Of a stretch of 64,000 bases of DNA, positions 13,971 to 25,500 are shown in pieces (position 1 is the stretch's first letter; every line of letters starts with the position of its first letter). The stretch is from Amoebophrya sp. A120 (taxonomy: Eukaryota > Protista > Dinoflagellata). Both the position numbers and the translations under genes were made by a program. The stretch lies in NCBI GenBank assembly GCA_905178155.1, contig CAJINV010000002.1, forward strand, positions 8,699,224 through 8,763,223. The letters run 5' to 3'. Under the pieces are notes generated by a model. It was not told where the DNA came from. It did no database searches and saw only the letters and a program-made list of their open reading frames with translations.

Positions 13971-14618
13971 GTACGTGTAGTGTAGATGTAGAATACATTT
14001 GGGCTACTGAGGTATCACGATACGGACGGCTGTACGACAGGAGGACAGGCTTCTACAGTTTCTTGCAGGCAGGTGCAACAACGATTTTACTTTCAGAAAG
14101 TTTCTTCAGAAATGAAAACGGATGTTTATGACCGACCCACACTCACAGAGGTACGTGGAAAACGCCGAGGAAGAGAAAAGGTGAACAAAGCTTTTCGCTG
14201 TGTTGACCAAGAAGTAGCTAGATCAGCATCCGTCACCGTCTCTGTGTCCGCTACAACGGCTGTGCTGATTCAAACCAATCAAGGAGTCGGCTTGCTACAG
14301 CTAGAGCTACCCAGTGTAGGCACAAAAAATTATTTCGATGTAAAACATACGTCATGCGAAGACGAAGCAAAGCAGATTTGTACAGTCAAGAATTCCATCT
14401 TTCAAAGGAAAGGTCGCAGTCAACCACAACAGGAGGACGGGAGTTCAAGACACGCAAAAGGAAATACAGGCAAAAAAGTATATACTGAATTTCTAGTACC
14501 ATATATGTAACGTCGAGCAAAGTAGTTGTAGAAAGAGAAACGGAAAGGAGCCCCGTTTTATTCATATGATGATGGGGTCGAGCTGGGCTCGGCACTATTC
14601 ATATGTGAGTGACCAAAA

Positions 14619-17102
14619 CTAAAAATCCCGCACGTCCCACTCCAATGAAGTGCCTCCGAGAATCTTTAAAGTCACACTTGCCATACTGCTGGGCAGCCGG
14701 TCATGCGTTTCCCCGAGTGCATGTTTTGCCTCAGTGTCTAAGTTCTTGGCGGTCGCCTCCGCACCTTCCGCTCGCGCCGATCGAAATGCTGTCTCTGGGC
14801 CGTCGCGCGGAAACGTGATGTCATCGACTTGCAATGCTGCATCCTCCCTAGAAGGACTGGCTTCTCTGTTCGGAAAAATCCGTATTCGCTGCAGCCGCGC
14901 GACTTTGAAGGTTGCGTTTTTACTGGGATGTTTCTTCATCTTCAAAATTTCGACCTCGAATACGAAGACAGGCTCGAGCTCGATATCGACGCTAGTATGC
15001 GGCGTCCTCTGAGAAGTCGTAGCTGTGCCACGACAAAACCATTTTCGGCAAACACCCATGTTTGGTGACGTAGTACCGGGCCCGCACTCTGCTTCGAGCT
15101 CGTCCCGTTGCGGTATGTCTATCTCGGGAAGGTGCAGGGCGAAAAAAACGCGGGAGCGTAGAGATTCTTGCTCGGACGACGATGTTGAAGTTGGTGCGCT
15201 AGTAGTCCTTGACGTTCTCTTCCCCTGCAGCAAACAACCGCCTTTACTCTTCCATGTGTACATCTTGCTGGCCGGATTTCTTCCTTGTACGTCCTCAGCG
15301 TCCATGTGCTTCAGAATCGCATCGAAAACAGAAAGAGAATTTTCTGGGGGCCTGTGACATTTTCCTGCAAGATCAGAATCTAGACCAGTGCTGCTGTTTG
15401 CTTCCCTTCCCCCGCTGCGCTTGTCCGCCGATGCTGATGCTGAACGAACGCTCTCATCAGGTTTGACTTTCTTCCGACTACTACTAGTAGTACAACTCGT
15501 CTCCTGCTTCACCACAAATTTGAGTGCCTCTTTGGCCAATGCGCGGACGGCACGGTGAAACTCAGGAAGCACCAAGTTTTCCAACTTCAGAATGTCTGTC
15601 GCGGCTATCGAAAACGACTGTGTCGGTTCTTCCTCGCCTTCCGAAATGAAGCCCTCGTCCGCCGGTTCAAGTTGGTGATCGACGTCCAGAGCGACGTCAA
15701 GTCCGCTGTTTGCCGCTTGCTCCGCGCGCTTCAGATAATTCAAGACGACGTTTTTGTCTTCGCTCTTCAAGGCATGCAGGAAATACCCGAGCATGAATAC
15801 TGGATGCAACATGATTCCTTTGGTCTTCACCCGTCGGTTGAACTGCCGAATAGAATGCGGCGTGCGGTGCACAAAAGCAACATTCAGATTCCCCTGCCGA
15901 TCGGAACACGACGGCACCGAGCTCGCACCGCCGATGGCCGTGAACATTTGTTCGACTTGCGAAATTGCTTCAGGGAGGCGGTTCTTGCGAACCAGCTGAA
16001 TGCTGGCAGGCACGGTCGAAGCAACCCCGACCTGCTCTTCCACTATTTGTATTTGTCAGGGTGGCTTGTTGAAAATCAGTGTGTCGTGGTAGAAAGCATC
16101 CGCTTCGACGAGCCCAAGCCTTATCAGTTGCTCAAACACCTCGCGCTTCTGCTGCCTCACGCTGGCGGGGTCCTGGGCTGCTGATGCGGAAAGTTTGTAT
16201 GTGCAAGCACCTTCAGCGGACGAAGTTGCATATCGCGGAAAGTAGACAACCCCTGGCAACATAATTCTTGGAAAACCTGCAAGAGCGCCACCGGAGTAGT
16301 GCCGCTTCGCGTTGCCGAAGAGTCTTTGCAAAACCGAAGAACGCTTAGCCTCATCGCTTGGACTGCAAAGACCGGAAAATTCAGCAGGTGCGTCGTGGTT
16401 GCCGGGCTGTGGTTGTCCTCTCACTTGGTGCGGTTTTGCTAAAGTTACTGTGGCAATGGGGTCACCCGACACACTGTAAACAGGAACTTCGACTCGTTCA
16501 GAAGACAAAAGTAGACCACCTGTTGCGCAGGTTTGTGATTTCCATCGCGAGAATAAGCTTGAGTTTGTGGCTCTTTTCGGCAGCGACGCTCTCTGCTCGG
16601 AATCTGCGTCAGCCTCGTCATCCGCAGACATGTCTCGTCCTGAAGACAGAAGCCCCCTCCAGTTTCGGAGTATTTGCTTTGCCAAGGCTTTCGAACCACG
16701 GTGGCAGGCGAACAAGGAGAATAAGCTTGGCGCAGCGCCTTCGAGAAGCGGCGCGGAAGACAGCGATCGCCTGTTCTTGTGCAATTCCTGGCCCGGCTCT
16801 TGCTGGCGATCACCAGTCTTTTCCTCTTCAGAATCGAGGAGATGCCTCTCAGTCTCAGCCAGCGATGGCACACGGGCAGCATTCGTAAGAATCACAAGCG
16901 AACTCTTCGGGGATCCGCTTCCAATTCCACTCAACCCCAACAGTTCAAACTCCTCGCGTATGATTTTCTGTACGAGGGAGCAGAACTGGAGCGAGAGCAA
17001 CAGCAAAACGAATTGCGGCAGCATGAACGATGTCCTCGCGCCTCTCGTACCACTACCTGAGAAAGACAGCCGCGGTAGAAACACACGGCTACCCTTGTCC
17101 AT
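14619..17102 (-). CDS. Hypothetical protein with hydrophobic N-terminal segment; probably 2 exons
   Basis: ORFs 16056-17102 and 14619-16043 are in the same frame, separated by one TGA. A GT-AG intron such as 16043-16210 (GAAG|GTGCTT...CTGAC-AAATACAAATAG|TG) removes it in frame. Confidence 0.6.
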
Positions 17103-18131
17103 TTTTGTTAATATAGTACGCTCGTTTTGAAAGCGAAATTTTTGAGGATAATCCTCGCGTTAATTACACAGTACACGACTTATCAAATCCCAACATCCTT
17201 TCTTCGGGCACAGAAGTCAAGATAGGGAAAATAGGTATAGATTGGAAAAAACTAGAGTCGGACAAATTCAACGATTGCTGTTTGTGTTTTCTGCAAAAGC
17301 TGGAAACACCAGTACTATCAAATGAAATGGAATTAGAAGAAGCACGATATTCGTACGAAGATTGACCGGCCGCACAAGAGGAAGATAGCCTTCTGATGGT
17401 GTTTTTTGAGCGAAATACGTGCGACACGAGACAACTCTACGTTTTGTAGGATCCAGGTTGACCGAGCAGCAGGAAAATTAAAACTGAGGGATCGCACATA
17501 CAAAGACCACCTTCGCCTGCTCATCATTCTTCGCTATAGGCTACGGACTCACTGGGTGCTCACGTTTGGCTAACTTTCCCAAGCGCGTCTTGCTCCTGTA
17601 CTTTTTATTTTTCCGCATCATAATCATGTACATGTACATGAATTTATTTCGTTTTTTGCAATAGCCAAGGGTAAGGGCAGCGCAAGATGATCAAGTTTCG
17701 GGAGTGCTCCCGTACTTCGCGTTAGTACTAGTTCGTTTTTGAATTTCAAATTTATTGCAGGTATGTAAAGGTGGGAAGAGAACGAAAGCGACAGAAATAT
17801 CATACCGAGGTGGGTCCGAAAGTATTCAAATAGTAACCGCAGACGAGACATCAAAGTAGGATTGACGTAGGAAAGCTTTGTTTCTCTTTCAGCAGGAATG
17901 TAATTGTCTAGATAATCCGAAAGAAAATGGTAGGAGCGGCAAAGTATTTCATTAGGAATTCGTTGCTTCACTAAAAAGAACTGATTCAAGGACATAGCTT
18001 GTTGTACGAAGTCCAAGTTAGTATGCTTAGATACTCCGATGCATTTTTCATTCACCAAATCCGAGGAGGCATGATTAGCATACAACTACGTTCTTTGCTT
18101 GCGTGTTTGCGCAGCTTCCTTCCAGCTCTCT

Positions 18132-19571
18132 CTACGCGCCCCCCGTTCTGGCCGCGGCCTCCATGCGCGAGCTGTTGTCTGCTTCATCACCCGTGCCCGC
18201 CGCAGAGCCGTTGATCCCCAGTACCTTTCGAAACGAATCTTGCGCAATGGTCGTGGCGCGGGAAAAGAGCAGCTCCGGCTTCCGCAATTTGTTCTCCGGG
18301 TTCGCACCCGGACTGGCAGCAACCCGAAGCGGACGAAACTCCGACCCAAACACCGGCTTGCTGCTGGTCATCATGGGAGTAGTAGTGGCGGCGTGCTTCT
18401 GCTGCTGGTCCACAGTCGGGGTGGTTGTGAGCTGCTTGTTATTTCCACCTGAATGCTGTAGTGGCTGCGGTGGGGGCTGCACCATCGGCGTGCCAAAGTG
18501 CATCTGATTCATGCGAATCTGCATCTGGTTTTGACTCACCGTCCCAATGTTGCTTCCGAGAATCTCGGGGCTGTTTTGTGTTGTTTTTATTTTATCTCGC
18601 AGGAAGTTTGTGATTAGTTTATCTCGCAGGAAGACTGTGACTGCCACTGCCTATCTGTCGCTACAAACTACAAGGCCATCTTCATGCAGCAAGTACGCAC
18701 ACCAATCCCAAAGAAGATGACAATCTCAAGTCGCATAGTGTTGAACAATTTTATTGTATACCTGTCATGCTTCGATGCTATGGTACGTTCTCCGTCACTC
18801 GATGGCGGCGTGATATCTCCACCATTTCCGTGGTACCCTCTGCTGCCGGCCTGAAGTATAGTTCGATTTTTGCATGATGATTCCTGCTACTTCTGTTGAA
18901 CTGGACTACAACATCATGCTCGCGCAAAACAGAGAAGTGTGCAAGTGCAAACTACTTGATCAAGTGCAAAAAAGTATTCAAACAAAACGCAAAAGTAAAG
19001 TGAGCAAGTGAGTAAGTACCTTCATCCGCTCTATTTCCTGTTCGTAAAACAAGCATTGTTTTCGCACCCGATCCGCTTCTCCCTCTAATCGGTACAGCTT
19101 TTCTCTTGATTCGCCCAGTGCTCGCTGCAATCGATGAATAGCTCGGTCCTGTGGTTTATTGTTGTGATATTCTCGTCTCTCGTCATACAAGAGAACGCGT
19201 TCCGGTAACATTTCAGATATCCTGAATGCACTGTGCAGCATGAGCATCGGTTCGACTTTCTTAGGAACAAAAATTGGAACTTACTACTTGTACTTGGTTA
19301 GATTCCGTTCGGGAAAAAAATCGTATAATAGTACTTTGTTCGCCCCGGCCAGAACTGGCACCACGGGATTTGTGGACGGCGCGTTGTAGTTGATGGCACT
19401 GGTATCTCGGGCGGACATGGGTCGCGTGGAGGTAGAAGTCTTCGGAGGCTTCGAAGTTACGATCGACTGCTCGGTTGCACTGGACCCGGTGTTCGTCGAC
19501 CGCCGCTGGTTACGCATCACAGACAGGTCCGGATGCGCACCACCAAATCGACCCGTCGTTGACCGCAGCAT
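18132..19571 (-). CDS. Multi-exon hypothetical coiled-coil protein (exon structure partly unresolved)
   Basis: Exon ...GANK|GTACTA joins CCACAG|DRAIHRLQRALGESREKLYRLEGEADRVRKQ...IERMK|GTACTT; Gln/Thr-rich 3' ORF 18132-18647. Confidence 0.45.
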
Positions 19572-20111
19572 GATCTTCGTGGCGTCTGTGTCTGATGGAG
19601 ACTTTTACAACGCGCCCGTCCGAAGATACTGGTGTGTGGTGGGACTGGGAGGTGGCAATTAGAAATTTAGCGACAGTAGTACTACAGTCTTCACAACAAA
19701 CGTTCTCGTCTCCCTCTTCGCGGTATTTTTTTTGGATGTCAACAAACGATGGACAATTTGTTCAATACATGAAAGAGCGAGATGAAGGAGTGGTAATCCG
19801 TAAATTCAGTGGGGCTGCACACGTGCTTTCTTTCAATGTTGTGAAAGGTAAATGATCATGATGCGGGTTTGATTCGCTCTCTCTCAGAAGTATGAGGATA
19901 TTCTGGGGTGGTGAAACAAATCCCATGGCGTTGACTCGTCTAGGTGTGATGGAAGAAGACGCCAACCTCAACGTGAACGAGCACCATGGGTGTACTTTTT
20001 TACACGACAAGAAGCACAGCAATCGTGAGAAACGCTGGCTTCCTTTCAAACAAAGAAAACAACACTGAAGTAGAAGCAGGCTTGGAAATCAAACCAGATG
20101 ACTCTGACTGC

Positions 20112-21821
20112 TCAGCCGGACCGATTCTCGCTATTTTCTTGTGAATTAGAAGCCTGGACATGTTGGCCGTGGAGTGAACGCGGGGTGATTGAAATCAACC
20201 GCAGATCATTGCAGTCGAGGTTGAGGATTTGACTTGGACTGCGTTCGGTTGGATTGAGATCTTCCGCAGGCATAGCATGTTCAGACAAATGCGTCTTCTG
20301 TTTTGTTTGTTCCACAACCTGAAGCAATGTGTAATGTCCTTGTGCTCGCAGTTCAATGCTGGCGATGCCGAAGCTAATCTTATCTGCCCAACCGTCTACC
20401 ACCTCAGAAGGATGCGGGTGCGCGCACGGTTCACACGATTGACCAGACAAGAAGCGCAACAAGCACTCCCGCGCTGTGATGCAGCAATCGTCTTTCTCCA
20501 TGTGGGTTTCGCAGTAGTACCGCCAGCCTTCTTCGGCGTTCAGAATTCTCTGACGTTGCATTCTCCGCTGGTGTAATTCCCCTTGTAGAGGGCAGCGGAC
20601 CGTGAGGAAGACGGACTGCAGAGAAAAGCGACACTGGACATCCGTGCTAGAAGGCGTAGCGCTTTTGCCTTCTGGCCCGAAATGCAACACAAAGTGCAAG
20701 TCCAGGTATTTGCAATACTTATTTTCGACCTCGTTCGTGTGGCAAGTCCAGTATACCATCCGATCGAACTTTTTCGAAGTAGAGGCCGGCTCGCATGATC
20801 TGCGTTCTTTCGCTGAGTTCCGCGATGGGGAGGTGTGTGCCAGAAACATATCTGGCAGGTCAAAAACCGGGCAGAGTCGACAAAGCCGTTGCCAAGCGAA
20901 ACCCATTTCGTTCCCAACATGTTCGCTTTTTAGCACAGGATTCGGCAGACGTCGAGCCTGGAGATCCAAATACCGTAGACACTTTCGTGCCGGGCAGAAG
21001 TGATTTGGGTCCCGAACACATTCCGGCGGTGCAAGCGAAAGAATTTTATCGTCTTTGCTTAACTCATGGTGATTCATCATACTGTGGGCCCCCATGCCCA
21101 GTCCGTGAGGATCTACTTCGGCCTCTGTGATGCTAGCTACATCAAGCAAGACGAAAGAGTTTTCCAAGAACCGGGACGCGGTAAAGAGACCAAAAGTGAA
21201 AGCCTCTGCGAAAGAACCTTCTTCACTGCACAACACACCTCCGGCGCACGTGATTTGTTGTTGTTCGCGGTTTTTCCCAACTTTTGGCGTCGCAAGCAGG
21301 TCGTCATCCAAGATCATTCCGGACCACTCCCTGGTCGGCAGAAGGGGGTCCTGAGTGGCCTGTGCCTGTGGTGCATCGGAACAACCCCATAATGCTTGCA
21401 ACTTCAAGCTCGAATTGACCCGGGCTTTTTCTTTTTCTCGTTGCCGTTTCTGCTGCTTTCGGCCCCTGTATAAGGTAAACTCGTTGTTGTCCTCGGACTC
21501 TCCGTCGGAAGCCGCCGAGGGCTGCCAATCTGAAGCAGGAGCATCTTCTTCTACCTCCGAGAAGGACGTGCTCTCGTCCTCGGCCATGTTCGATAGCTCG
21601 AATGCTTCGTCTCCTCCGCTAGTGGCGTCTCTTTCTTGAGATGAACCCACTCCTTGCAATTTTCCCTCTCCATGCGGCTGTCTTTGCAGCTCAGAAAAGA
21701 CGAGCATCGTCTCGGACACAGACAACTTTCTGCGCTTGATGTGCGGTTCCTCCTGCGTCTTATTGCCCTTCTCGTCCACGAAGTGGTTGTTCGAATTGGC
21801 GTAATCGCTAACGGTCGTCAT
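20112..21821 (-). CDS. Hypothetical protein, 569 aa, single exon
   Basis: Long ATG-initiated ORF; basic NLS-like patches (KRRK, RKQQKRQR), acidic N-terminus, Cys/His-rich C-terminal half. Confidence 0.7.
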   Translation of the reverse strand: MTTVSDYANSNNHFVDEKGNKTQEEPHIKRRKLSVSETMLVFSELQRQPHGEGKLQGVGSSQERDATSGGDEAFELSNMAEDESTSFSEVEEDAPASDWQPSAASDGESEDNNEFTLYRGRKQQKRQREKEKARVNSSLKLQALWGCSDAPQAQATQDPLLPTREWSGMILDDDLLATPKVGKNREQQQITCAGGVLCSEEGSFAEAFTFGLFTASRFLENSFVLLDVASITEAEVDPHGLGMGAHSMMNHHELSKDDKILSLAPPECVRDPNHFCPARKCLRYLDLQARRLPNPVLKSEHVGNEMGFAWQRLCRLCPVFDLPDMFLAHTSPSRNSAKERRSCEPASTSKKFDRMVYWTCHTNEVENKYCKYLDLHFVLHFGPEGKSATPSSTDVQCRFSLQSVFLTVRCPLQGELHQRRMQRQRILNAEEGWRYYCETHMEKDDCCITARECLLRFLSGQSCEPCAHPHPSEVVDGWADKISFGIASIELRAQGHYTLLQVVEQTKQKTHLSEHAMPAEDLNPTERSPSQILNLDCNDLRLISITPRSLHGQHVQASNSQENSENRSG

Positions 21822-22588
21822 TTTGCTTGTTATCTTTCCTTTGTTTTTTTTGTTATTGTTACTGTAAGTAGAATATTGATTGGTGCAGTTCCTTTAGATA
21901 ATTTCACACTGTGATGAATGTTGCAGATACAGTATTATTGATTGAATGAATAGATTTCGTCCTTGAGACTAAAACTTGTGATGTGCGCACTGAATTAGCG
22001 GAAGGGCGGTCGTGCTGACACTATCAAGTGGGGCCGCGATGACTGCAATACCACTTAAGCAGAAGCGGCAGCTATAAAGAAGATGTTGACCACGGATTTT
22101 TCAGCAGGTACCTATTCGCAGCGTCAAATAATATTTTGCGTAGACTTTGCAAGAAGATTTGAAGCACTGCGAAACCTCTGCGTTAAAAACCCGGTCGACG
22201 TTAATGGGTTCTAGAGCAAGAGTAAGTTTGTAGTTTCTTTTTCAGGTCCTGTAGCATGATAATGAATATCAACCGACAAGATCATGATCTATGTGCTTGC
22301 TAGATCATACATGTTCGACATTCTGAGGAAGGACCGACAGCGGCAGCAGCTTCGTTCTCTCCCCTGGAAGGTTACCGACGTGCACAACTTCAGACATCAA
22401 GCCTCAGCAACAAATGTCGTTGTATTCTCGTTTGTTGTTTTTGTACTGAACACGACCATGGAACCCAATTGCCTCAGTTCTGTCACGCAGTAGCTGACCA
22501 CGTCGTCTTTTGAAACATTATCCTGCGATGAAAGTGAAAAGCATGAATTACAGAGCTGCGCAGCATAAAAGTTCTTCAATATCCACTC

Positions 22589-25500
22589 TCAGCCCATAAA
22601 CCAAGGCTCCACGACGGGTCTGCCGTTTGCGTCCGTTTTTCTGTAGTCAATGAACTTCCGCTTGAAGGCAAGTTCCCGCAGCGCCGGGGTCAGAGCCGCG
22701 GCCACACCGAACCCATTTTTCTCCGCTTCGGGGTGGTCCTGCCAGAAGAGCAGTATCTCCTTCACGCCGAATGAGATGTTTTTCTTTGTACTTTGTTCCA
22801 GTATTTCCAGCAGCTTCCCGTAATTTTTCGTGTGCACCGTGATGTTTTCTCCGAACTGCGGAACTTTCTCCACCACGATCTTGTCAGGAGGTGACTGACG
22901 ACGCACCGTCTGCTCGATAGTAGATCCAGTTGCTGGTGCAGCATCTTTCTCCAAGTTGTCAATGACACCATTTTTCCTGTGGGAGTGCATCTTCGACTTG
23001 CCTCGTTTGGACTCTGATTTGTTATGATTGTTTCTCCGGTTGTTCCGGAAGTCTTCGCGGAGCAGATCAGCACGATCCCGCAGTCGCCTGGACCGGGCAC
23101 CATTCTGCTGTGCCACGAAGGGCGGTGGATCCGGTCCATTCAATGGACCAGCAGCTGCTGCAGTTGCTATTCCGGTTCCGGCATGCGAGGCGGCCGGTCG
23201 CGCTGCTCCTGTACTAGCTGAAAGTGGAACAAGAGAAGCTGCAGTTGCTGCATTATTACCCGGATGATCTGGATAGGCTACCGGCGCACCGGGATCAAAG
23301 TGATCACCAGCTTCATGATCATCAAGTACTTCCGCCGAATAGAACAATCGTTCATCCAGTACACGACGGTCGTAGTGAGCCGCTTTGTCGTTGTTCCTAT
23401 CGTCAGCCGCGCCCACTTCCGACGTAAATGGATGCTCATTGATCGATCGGCCGACGTGCTGAGAGTTGTTGTACAGGGGACGACCGTACAAAGCAGGATC
23501 ATCATCTTCATCAAAAGGAGGATCGACCAAACCTTGTTCTTCAGCACTTCTGGTGATATCCAACGCCATCAACCCGGCTTCTGCATGATCAGCTTCCACC
23601 AAAGTCGTCGTCGCTTCACGACGACCCAACGACAACGAAGCAGCGGAAGAGGCGGGTGCGGCGGCTGCCTTGACTGCTGTGCCCACACGGCTCGATCTCG
23701 AGGGACGTGCCGGCTGGTGATTCGTGTGCACAGCTGCTCCTGCAGAAGATGAACTCGACGTAGAAAGAACTCCATGACCTGCTGCTTCTCTACTGCGTGA
23801 GGTTCCGCCCGTCCAGGCTCCTCGTCCAGACGAAGAAATAGCTGCAGAAGGCCTACCTCCTGCAGGTTGCATTAGAAGGCGAGATGAGGAAGAAGAGGAA
23901 GACGAGGCACCAGAACTCTTTCCAGCACCTTTCCTCTGGGCAACGGGCAGCTGAAGACGTCGCGAGGAAGCTATCCCCTGCCGCGCTGCCTGTTCGGAGG
24001 AGGCGGCGTTACCCGACATCACCTCTGATGCAGCTCTTGCCTCGCCCGAAGAAGCAGTTGCACCGGATGGTCCAAGATCGCCATTGCGACGATCGCTTCG
24101 TTCCCTGATTATGGGAACCGGTCGGTGATTGAGCGCTCCGAGGATAGAACCGGTGATGCGGGCCAGCCTAGTCGTTTGCAACGTCCGGTCTTCATCGTTC
24201 GCATGATTCCTTACGGGTCGTCCTTGCTCCGGTCTATTTGCAGCTCCAGCTGAGTTAGCAGGCAATAATCGTCGATCTGTGTGCGTTTTTGCAATTTGTA
24301 TCAACATCAAGTAAGTCGAATTCTCATTTTGAATCAGGCACTCAGTTTTATTGTGTGTTCTTCTTTACTGCAAGAGAAGGAGAACTCTTAGTCTTAAGAT
24401 CACAGCATCGAGATATCACTACATGTTGATCATTGCGCTTGCGTTTCTCGTTCTCCGCATGTCTTTCTATAACAAAACTTTCGTGCCTGCGCCAACTTTT
24501 ACTTTTATTCCTATTGCAAGTACAAAAGTAATTGAAAAGAGCTTCTTTTACCTCCTTCCTCCTGACGTTGCGCAAGTGCAGGGGGCTCAGGACCGTAGAA
24601 ATCCAACGAGTCAAGAAACTCCAGTTCCTCGTCAGAAAGGAGGCGATCCGATTGTGCCGCCGGTGGTTCAGACGAGACACTCTCCGAAGAGGATATTGAA
24701 TTTGCACGCCGAGCGCGACGCATAAGATCGCGCTCCACTTCGCGTCCCGGAAGTCTACTTTGCTCTTCTGGGTGATAGTTGTCGAGGACAGGATCGAAAG
24801 AAGCGCGGCGCTGTGCATGCGTGCCGCGGTCTGATTCAGCTGCCAGCATATAATTTTCGTCTGCATTGTGATTTCGTTGCGCATCCTGCGTATCATCGCC
24901 GGAGGCAGCGTCGTCGTGGTTGTCCCATGGTGGTCGTCGACGGTGCTCGAGAGCAGAAGTGCCGCTACCACGCGAGGGTGGATAGTTGTATCCCGACTGA
25001 CTTGCCCCAATAGAAGTTGCACCTGAAGCAGGTCCTACTCGAGAGGATGAAGATGCTGAGCCATTTCCATTTCTTCTGTTTGCCACGACACCATCTACAA
25101 CTTCCACCAAGCGAGGATCTACTTCATGCGACGAGCTGGCACTCGCAGCTCGGTGCAGGTTCTGGTTTGTTCCAACATCATCAAAGAACGACGAATCGGC
25201 TTCCCTGCGACTAGCTTCTCTCTGCTCTCGTGCGACCTCTGCGAGCTGAGCGTCGACCTCTTTCAGTGCGAGGGCAGCCGCCCGGGCTTTCCGCAATCTG
25301 CTGTCCTCGTGTCGGCCGCGTGACCGCGACGGCCCCCGCTCCCCATACGAGCGGCATCGGTCGATAATCCTACGTCGTCTCTCGCGTAGATCAGCAGCAA
25401 CAGCTTCGAGCATAGCACGCACCGGGCGCCGCTCGGGGGCATTGCCAGTGGAAGTTGCGCCAACGTCGTTGTGCTCTCTTCGGTTTTCACGAAGATCTCC

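Noticed and set aside
16056-16058. In-frame TGA between two long ORFs (KPP*QIQIV), suggesting readthrough, Sec or UGA=Trp recoding
   Set aside because: TGA is the terminal stop of several genes here (e.g. 45345, 30650). This one lies in a branch-point-like CTGAC 12 nt before a TAG acceptor, and a GT-AG intron (16043-16210) removes it in frame. The similar TGA at ~62280 also has an AG acceptor just downstream.
18588-18633. Short direct duplications (TTTATCTCGCAGGAAG x2; also ~40431-40478, 51149-51177, 57598-57638)
   Set aside because: In-frame local slippage duplications within coding sequence; no sign of a mobile element.
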